A DNA stretch of 31,983 nt, taken from contig JAFGOA010000238.1 of assembly GCA_016926735.1 (NCBI GenBank), positions 1-31,983 of the forward strand, in the 5' to 3' direction. Each line of letters opens with the position of its first letter. The first letter of the stretch is position 1. Shown piece after piece: positions 26,661 through 31,983 of the stretch. The position numbers and the translations under genes are program-made. The DNA comes from Promethearchaeota archaeon. GTDB taxonomy: Archaea > Asgardarchaeota > Lokiarchaeia > Sigyniarchaeales > SOKP01. The notes under the pieces are model-generated. The model had not been told where the DNA came from. It did not search any database and was given only the letters and a program-made list of their open reading frames with translations.

Positions 26661-27051
26661 ATTTAAAATCTAAAGAGATTGAATTAATACAATATCTGCA
26701 TCCTGTTGGTTTCGGTCCATCTTTAAACATATGTCCTAGATGACCTCCACATTTTCCACATACTATTTCAGTTCTTATCATTCCATGACTTCTATCTTCG
26801 ATTTCCTTTACGCTATTTGAATGTATAGGTTCATAGAAACTTGGCCATCCTGTCCCTGATTTAAATTTTGTATCTGATTTGAATAACGGATTTCCACATC
26901 CCGAACAATAATAAACGCCCTCTTCTTCATGGTTCCAATATTTTCCTCTAAAAGGAGGTTCTGTTCCCTTCTCTCTTAAAACATGATATTGTTCCTTTGT
27001 TAATAATTTCTCCCAATCTTTTTCAGATTTTTCTACATTTTTAGACGCCAT
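26659..27051 (-). CDS. msrB: Peptide-methionine (R)-S-oxide reductase MsrB
   Basis: GTEPPF, CxxC zinc pairs, KFKSGTGWPSF, HLGHMFKDGP and RYCINS. Confidence 0.97.
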   Translation of the reverse strand: MASKNVEKSEKDWEKLLTKEQYHVLREKGTEPPFRGKYWNHEEEGVYYCSGCGNPLFKSDTKFKSGTGWPSFYEPIHSNSVKEIEDRSHGMIRTEIVCGKCGGHLGHMFKDGPKPTGCRYCINSISLDFK

Positions 27052-27193
27052 AATTATTTAAAGAAAAAATATTGTAAAAAAATTCTATATTATTTTATAT
27101 TTATAAAAACTGGTTTTTTAACTATAAATAATAAAGAGATAGACAAATATTTGAATAGTTTAAAATGATTAATTAAAAATAAATATTGAAAAT

Positions 27194-28000
27194 TTACACT
27201 TTCTGAGCTATAAGGAAAATTCGATTGAATAATAAATCGCCCACACCGTTTTCTAAACATTGATTCTTAAAAGAATTTTTGACAATTTCTTTAAAATCGT
27301 TAATATATCTGGGAGTAAGTTTAATTTTATAAAAATCTTGATTAAGATATCCTATTATTGCTCCAGATGAAAAAATAGAATAAATTTCTTCTGGTGTTTT
27401 CGTCATTTTGAATTCTATTATTTCTGATAAAATAATTTTAAATCCATATTTCCGAAATAATTTTGAATAATCTTCTGCAGTATCAAGAAAAAACCATGGG
27501 TTTTTAAAATGACGAAAAGTGAGTTTGGTTTTATCATTTTTTTTTATTTCATTAATAGCGTTAATAAACATGGGACAATAATTTTTCGTTGCTGGGGCCT
27601 GTATTCCAACTTTACCTTCTTTTTTAAGAGCTCTATAAAAATTCTCAATTGGAATATATGGAGGATTAAACCATTGAAATGCCGAACTTATAAAGATGAT
27701 ATTAAATTCAGAATTAAATGTGATATCTTTAGCAGATTTTACTTGAAAATCAATATTAAAACCACTATATTCTTTTTTAGCTTCATTTATCATTTCTATG
27801 GAAGGATCTATCCCTATAACCTTTCCATTAACTAATTCTCTAATTTCTTTGGTAATATGTCCAGGACCACATCCCACATCCAAAACATCTGATTCTAATT
27901 TTATTCCTAATAGTTTTATTAACCTTTCAGAATTAGTTTTTTGAACAATAGCCTTTTGTTTATAATCTTGAGAAATTTTAGAAAAATCATATTTTTTCAT
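27194..28000 (-). CDS. Class I SAM-dependent methyltransferase
   Basis: Motif I VLDVGCGPG, GIDPSIEMI, SSAFQW and LKKEG. Start set at MKKYDF (28000) to avoid overlap with hisI. Confidence 0.88.
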   Translation of the reverse strand: MKKYDFSKISQDYKQKAIVQKTNSERLIKLLGIKLESDVLDVGCGPGHITKEIRELVNGKVIGIDPSIEMINEAKKEYSGFNIDFQVKSAKDITFNSEFNIIFISSAFQWFNPPYIPIENFYRALKKEGKVGIQAPATKNYCPMFINAINEIKKNDKTKLTFRHFKNPWFFLDTAEDYSKLFRKYGFKIILSEIIEFKMTKTPEEIYSIFSSGAIIGYLNQDFYKIKLTPRYINDFKEIVKNSFKNQCLENGVGDLLFNRIFLIAQKV

Positions 28001-28013
28001 AATTATCAATAGC

Positions 28014-28424
28014 TCATTTGTATACATCTTTCGGATCAAAAATTTTCGTACCAATATCTTTGAATTTTCCATCTTCTAATTTGTTGAAAAAACAACTATA
28101 ATATCCTTTATGGCAAGCTGCTCCAATTTGTTTTACAATAATGAGAAGGCTATCCTTATCACAGTCTGTAATAATATCCAAAACTTCTTCTAAATATCCA
28201 CTTGATTCTCCTTTTTTCCATATTTTATTTCTTGAACGTGAGAAAAAGTGTACATAACCTGTTTCCATTGTTTTTCTTACAGCTTCTTTATTTGCAAAAG
28301 CTAAAATAAGAATCTCATTGGTTTCTGAATCTTGAGTTATTACGGGTATTAATCCACCTTCAATTTTAGAAAAATCGAGTAATTTGATATAATTATCAAT
28401 ATCATCTGAAGAGAATTGCTTCAT
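28014..28424 (-). CDS. hisI: Phosphoribosyl-AMP cyclohydrolase
   Basis: GLIPVITQD, FFSRSRNKIWKKGESSG, DCDKD and ACHKGYYSCF. Confidence 0.96.
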   Translation of the reverse strand: MKQFSSDDIDNYIKLLDFSKIEGGLIPVITQDSETNEILILAFANKEAVRKTMETGYVHFFSRSRNKIWKKGESSGYLEEVLDIITDCDKDSLLIIVKQIGAACHKGYYSCFFNKLEDGKFKDIGTKIFDPKDVYK

Positions 28425-28496
28425 ACTATATGAAAATTTATTATTTTGTTTATATTTTGTTAATTACATTAAAAATAAATAATACATAGAATTAAG

Positions 28497-29627
28497 ATGG
28501 AAAATAATGATTTTAAAATCGATCCTTGGAGTTCTACCAATATTTTAGAAGAGGACTATTTAAGATTGATCAAAGAGTTTGGAATTGAAAAAATTACAGA
28601 CATAACGTTAGAAAGATTTAAAAAACATAAATTCATAAGAAGAAAGGTTATTTTTGGCCATAGAGACCTTAACCTTATTTATAAGGCCATAGAAAGTAAA
28701 AAACCCTGGGCAGTTATGTCAGGAATAAAGCCTTCAGGCCCTTTTCATTTAGGAACATTAACAACAGCTTTGGAAATTGTGGAATTCCAAAAATTAGGAG
28801 CTAAAGCATATTATTGTATTGCAGATATAGAATCATGGGAAGATAATGGAATTAGTTATGAAGAAGCAGAAAATACTGCAGTTGATAATTTAGCAGATAT
28901 TTTAGCTTTGGGTCTAAATCCAGAAAATGCATATATTTGGAGGCAATCTAAAGAACCAATTGTAAAGGACGTATGTTTTAAGGTAAGCAGGTTAGTAACT
29001 CAAAATACTTTAAATGCGATCTATGGTGAAAAAACTTTTGGACTCTATTTAGCAGCACTTATCCAATGTGGTGATATTACACTTCCTCAAATACTTGATG
29101 GTCCTCAACCTGTAGTAGTACCTGTTGGAATAGATCAGGATCCTCATATGCGACTTACTAGAGATCTTACTCGTCGTTATTATAAACGTAGTGAGGAAGA
29201 TAATGATATTAATAAGACAGATTTTTTTCTCCCAGGAGCAACTTACCATAAATTATTAGCAGGCTTAGATGGATCTGAAAAAATGTCAAAAAGAAATCCA
29301 AATAGTTATTTTACATTTAATGAGCCAATTGAATCAATTGCTAAAAAAGTTAAATCATCGTTTACAGGTGGAAGAAAAAACAAAAAAGAACAACAAGAAC
29401 TTGGGGGAGAACCTCAAAAATGTATGATATACAAAATTCTAATGTATCATTTTGAAGATGATGATAAAAAATTAGCAGAAGAATTTAAGCAATGTATTAA
29501 AGGAGAATTACTATGCGGAGAACATAAAAGAGAATGTGTTGAAAAAGTCATTTCTTTTATAAAAGAACACAGAATAAAAAAAGAAAAACAAATAGACAAA
29601 GCTCGTGAAATACTGAAAGTTGACTAA
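28497..29627 (+). CDS. trpS: Tryptophanyl-tRNA synthetase (archaeal/eukaryotic type)
   Basis: IDPW, RRKVIFGHRD, HIGH-like PSGPFHLG, VPVGIDQDPHMRLTRD, KMSKR, FTGGR and LLCGEHK. Confidence 0.96.
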   Translation: MENNDFKIDPWSSTNILEEDYLRLIKEFGIEKITDITLERFKKHKFIRRKVIFGHRDLNLIYKAIESKKPWAVMSGIKPSGPFHLGTLTTALEIVEFQKLGAKAYYCIADIESWEDNGISYEEAENTAVDNLADILALGLNPENAYIWRQSKEPIVKDVCFKVSRLVTQNTLNAIYGEKTFGLYLAALIQCGDITLPQILDGPQPVVVPVGIDQDPHMRLTRDLTRRYYKRSEEDNDINKTDFFLPGATYHKLLAGLDGSEKMSKRNPNSYFTFNEPIESIAKKVKSSFTGGRKNKKEQQELGGEPQKCMIYKILMYHFEDDDKKLAEEFKQCIKGELLCGEHKRECVEKVISFIKEHRIKKEKQIDKAREILKVD

Positions 29628-29664
29628 TTATTTTGCAAATTTTCTTTTAATTTTCGATTTTTCA

Positions 29665-30606
29665 TTATTCTAATAATAGTTTTAAAATATCTTGTAGCTC
29701 TTTTAAAAAATCAGAGAATTTTTCCATAAATGCATCTTTATATTCTTCTTTAAGGATTGCTGAGATAAAAAACAGAGTACCTTTAACTTCAAATCCGTGT
29801 AAACAAGAAATAAATTCTTTCTCTATATTTAAAAAATCGTGTTCATGCTTATATTCTTCTTCTTCCATTCTTTTAAGAAGAAATAGATGTTCTTTAATTG
29901 ATTCAAGAAGATAGATATACATACCAGGTTCAATTTCTTCATTATAAAACTCACTTATAATTATTCCAGTTTGATCAAATAAAATTAACGAAGTACAATT
30001 AAAATCATTAAGAGATTTTTCAATTAGTAGAGATAATTCAAAAAATTTCTTATCAAATACTGATAATCCATAAGATACCAGTTGTACAATGGAAATTACA
30101 TCGTATATTGATGTTTGCTGAAATAAAATATTGAAATCCGAATATGCTTCTTTTATATTTTCTCTTATATGAGCAATATCTTCATTAATTTCTTCATAAG
30201 ATCTTATGTCAGGATCATATTTATGGAAAGTAATAATTACAGGAACATCAATGTTATTTTCAATGAAATATTTCATAACCATCTCAAAATAATTAAGTGA
30301 AGCCTCTAATTTTTCACTATCTTGAATATCTATAACATATATAAAAAGACTTGTTTCTGAGAAATACACATCTGGATCTTTTAAATACACATTTCGATAT
30401 TTTTCTTGACCACCCATATCCCAAAATACAGCAGGCATATTTAAAAAACGAGTTCTTCTATATTTGACTTTGATTGTTGGTTTAAGTTGCATAATCTCAT
30501 CTCTAAAGTCATATTTCTTATCTAATGCTGTAAGTATAGAGGTTTTTCCTGCATTATCTAATCCAGATATGATTACTTTAATCACATTTTCCATATTATA
30601 CATCAC
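29665..30606 (-). CDS. Small GTPase (Arf/Rag-like) with a C-terminal roadblock/longin-like domain
   Basis: G1 GLDNAGKTS, G2 PT, G3 WDMGGQ, G4 HKYD and G5 TSI. The C-terminal segment includes SLILFDQTGIIISE. Confidence 0.85.
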   Translation of the reverse strand: MMYNMENVIKVIISGLDNAGKTSILTALDKKYDFRDEIMQLKPTIKVKYRRTRFLNMPAVFWDMGGQEKYRNVYLKDPDVYFSETSLFIYVIDIQDSEKLEASLNYFEMVMKYFIENNIDVPVIITFHKYDPDIRSYEEINEDIAHIRENIKEAYSDFNILFQQTSIYDVISIVQLVSYGLSVFDKKFFELSLLIEKSLNDFNCTSLILFDQTGIIISEFYNEEIEPGMYIYLLESIKEHLFLLKRMEEEEYKHEHDFLNIEKEFISCLHGFEVKGTLFFISAILKEEYKDAFMEKFSDFLKELQDILKLLLE

Positions 30607-30820
30607 ATCGTATATTGCACTTTTGAAAAAATTACTAATATAATAAAGCTAGTTTAATTAAATATTTTGTAATAATTATAATGACTATGAAAAATTAATC
30701 TACTTTTATTCTTCAACTTTTTCCATAGAAGTTATATTCATGTAATATATCAATGATATTCATATTTTTTATAGAAATCTAATCTGATTTATTTAAAACT
30801 ACCATAAAAATAGGTGAGTA

Positions 30821-31036
30821 TTGTTGGTAAATCAAATAAATGAGTTTATAGAAAATTTAAAATTTCAAATAGAACGTCGAGAAAATTTCTTAAAAACTAT
30901 AAATGATTCGTTTAGAGGACAAACTCAAGACCGTTTTAAATATATAGTTGAAAAAAAATATCATGAAACATATACAGAATTATTAAATGAGTTTCTAGGT
31001 CTTATAAGAAAAAAAGAATCAAAATCAATCCAATGA
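30821..31036 (+). CDS. Small helical hypothetical protein
   Basis: 71-aa ORF with a TTG start preceded by an RBS-like aggtga. Confidence 0.5.
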   Translation: MLVNQINEFIENLKFQIERRENFLKTINDSFRGQTQDRFKYIVEKKYHETYTELLNEFLGLIRKKESKSIQ

Positions 31037-31182
31037 ATTTTCATTAAACTATATAAAAAATATTTTGACAAAATAAGCAGTATATTGCTTAAGATTGAAT
31101 TTTTTCAAGTATATTGATTAGCTCTATTAACACTAAAAGAATAAGAAATAAATTAAAATAAAAAAGTTTTATAGAATTTTCT

Positions 31183-31779
31183 CTATTTTTTCTTTTGGGC
31201 TTTCTTTTCTTCTTTCAATCTTTTCTTTTCTTCTTTAATTCTTCTTTTTTCTTGCCATTTACGTATATATTGTTCATTTTCATACGATGTTTTTAACCTC
31301 GACTCACAAGCTTTTATAAATCTTTTTTGTACATTTGGATCATTCTTTATTTTTTCGAGAAATTCAGTAGTTTTTTGAATTTGGATTAAATGAAATTTGT
31401 CATAAAAATTTAGTCTTCTTTTATAATATTGCTCTTTTGATTCATCTTTATTTAATTTATCGATCATAGGACGTCCAACATGATATATCTTAGAATTAAT
31501 CTCAGAATTCCACACATCAAGAACACCTTCACCTACTACTACATCATGCCATGGGGTAAAAAGATCTACCATTGGTTTAGTTGGATGCATATAATTTAAT
31601 AGTCTGCAAGTTACCCCACTAGTACTTACTAAAAGATGAGTATTCCATTTATAGATTCGATTTCCTATAGTTATTGTATTTGTTGCCAACGTACTGAAGA
31701 AAATATCATCACTTTCAGGAATTAGGTCTTTTAAAGTAGAAACAGAAATTGGAACTATAATATCACTAATTTTAATCAC
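31183..31779 (-). CDS. Hypothetical protein with a charged C-terminal coiled-coil tail
   Basis: 198-aa ORF with a GTG start, a beta-rich N-terminal half and a K/E/R-rich C-terminus. No family recognised. Confidence 0.7.
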   Translation of the reverse strand: MIKISDIIVPISVSTLKDLIPESDDIFFSTLATNTITIGNRIYKWNTHLLVSTSGVTCRLLNYMHPTKPMVDLFTPWHDVVVGEGVLDVWNSEINSKIYHVGRPMIDKLNKDESKEQYYKRRLNFYDKFHLIQIQKTTEFLEKIKNDPNVQKRFIKACESRLKTSYENEQYIRKWQEKRRIKEEKKRLKEEKKAQKKK

Positions 31780-31983
31780 ATCATTATTAGATAATTAAAT
31801 GATTTAATATTCAATATTTATTTTAAATCTATTGTTTCAACTATTTACTGAAATCTTATAAAGACCTATAATTATGTATAAAAATCTAAAAATCACTACT
31901 CTTTTGGGATTTAAATGTTCAAATCTCTTTAATAGTCTAAAAACAATGTTACACTATTATAGAAATTAATAAATGATACAAAC

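Noticed and set aside
26659-27051. MsrB as a selenoprotein with a SECIS in the adjacent repeat
   Set aside because: The catalytic codon in RYCINS is TGT (Cys), and no in-frame TGA read-through candidate was noticed in the window.
28001-28072. N-terminal extension of the methyltransferase ORF
   Set aside because: It overlaps the hisI 3' end. The ATG at 28000, just after the hisI stop, is the more plausible start.
4954-29249. Short ORFs overlapping longer genes, on the opposite strand or in another frame (4954, 6761, 6817, 8620, 13204, 14074, 16408, 16781, 20893, 21361, 22294, 27509, 29049)
   Set aside because: All lie within or largely overlap well-supported genes and carry no recognisable motifs, so they are treated as shadow ORFs.

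Overview
This is a very AT-rich 32 kb window that looks archaeal. It is most likely from an Asgard (Lokiarchaeia-like) genome, inferred from an Arf/Rag-like GTPase fused to a roadblock/longin-like domain, an archaeal-type TrpRS and a tandem wHTH regulator. Housekeeping and metabolic genes include trmO, carA-carB, a P2A Ca-ATPase, msrB, hisI, trpS, an aldo/keto reductase, an MFS transporter and an Fe-S/CCG oxidoreductase. Accessory genes include a SIR2-TPR protein, a GNAT, a BspA/DUF285 surface protein and a dockerin-Fn3 protein. No rRNA, tRNA, CRISPR array or intact transposase was recognised. Five observations stand out. (1) CarA is full length but has lost its glutaminase catalytic Cys and His, which suggests an ammonia-dependent CPS analogous to vertebrate CPS1. 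(2) A non-coding repeat family made of a palindrome plus ~20-bp units occupies almost every large intergenic gap from 9.3 to 26.7 kb, mostly co-oriented just downstream of genes. One copy carries a duplicated GNAT 3' end, and two copies bracket a pseudogene as a perfect 26-bp inverted repeat. (3) A multi-stem structured element lies upstream of the dockerin gene. (4) The SIR2-TPR protein is a stand-alone putative NADase. (5) Several degenerate motifs resemble IS200/IS605 ends. All calls were made by eye from motifs; no searches were run.
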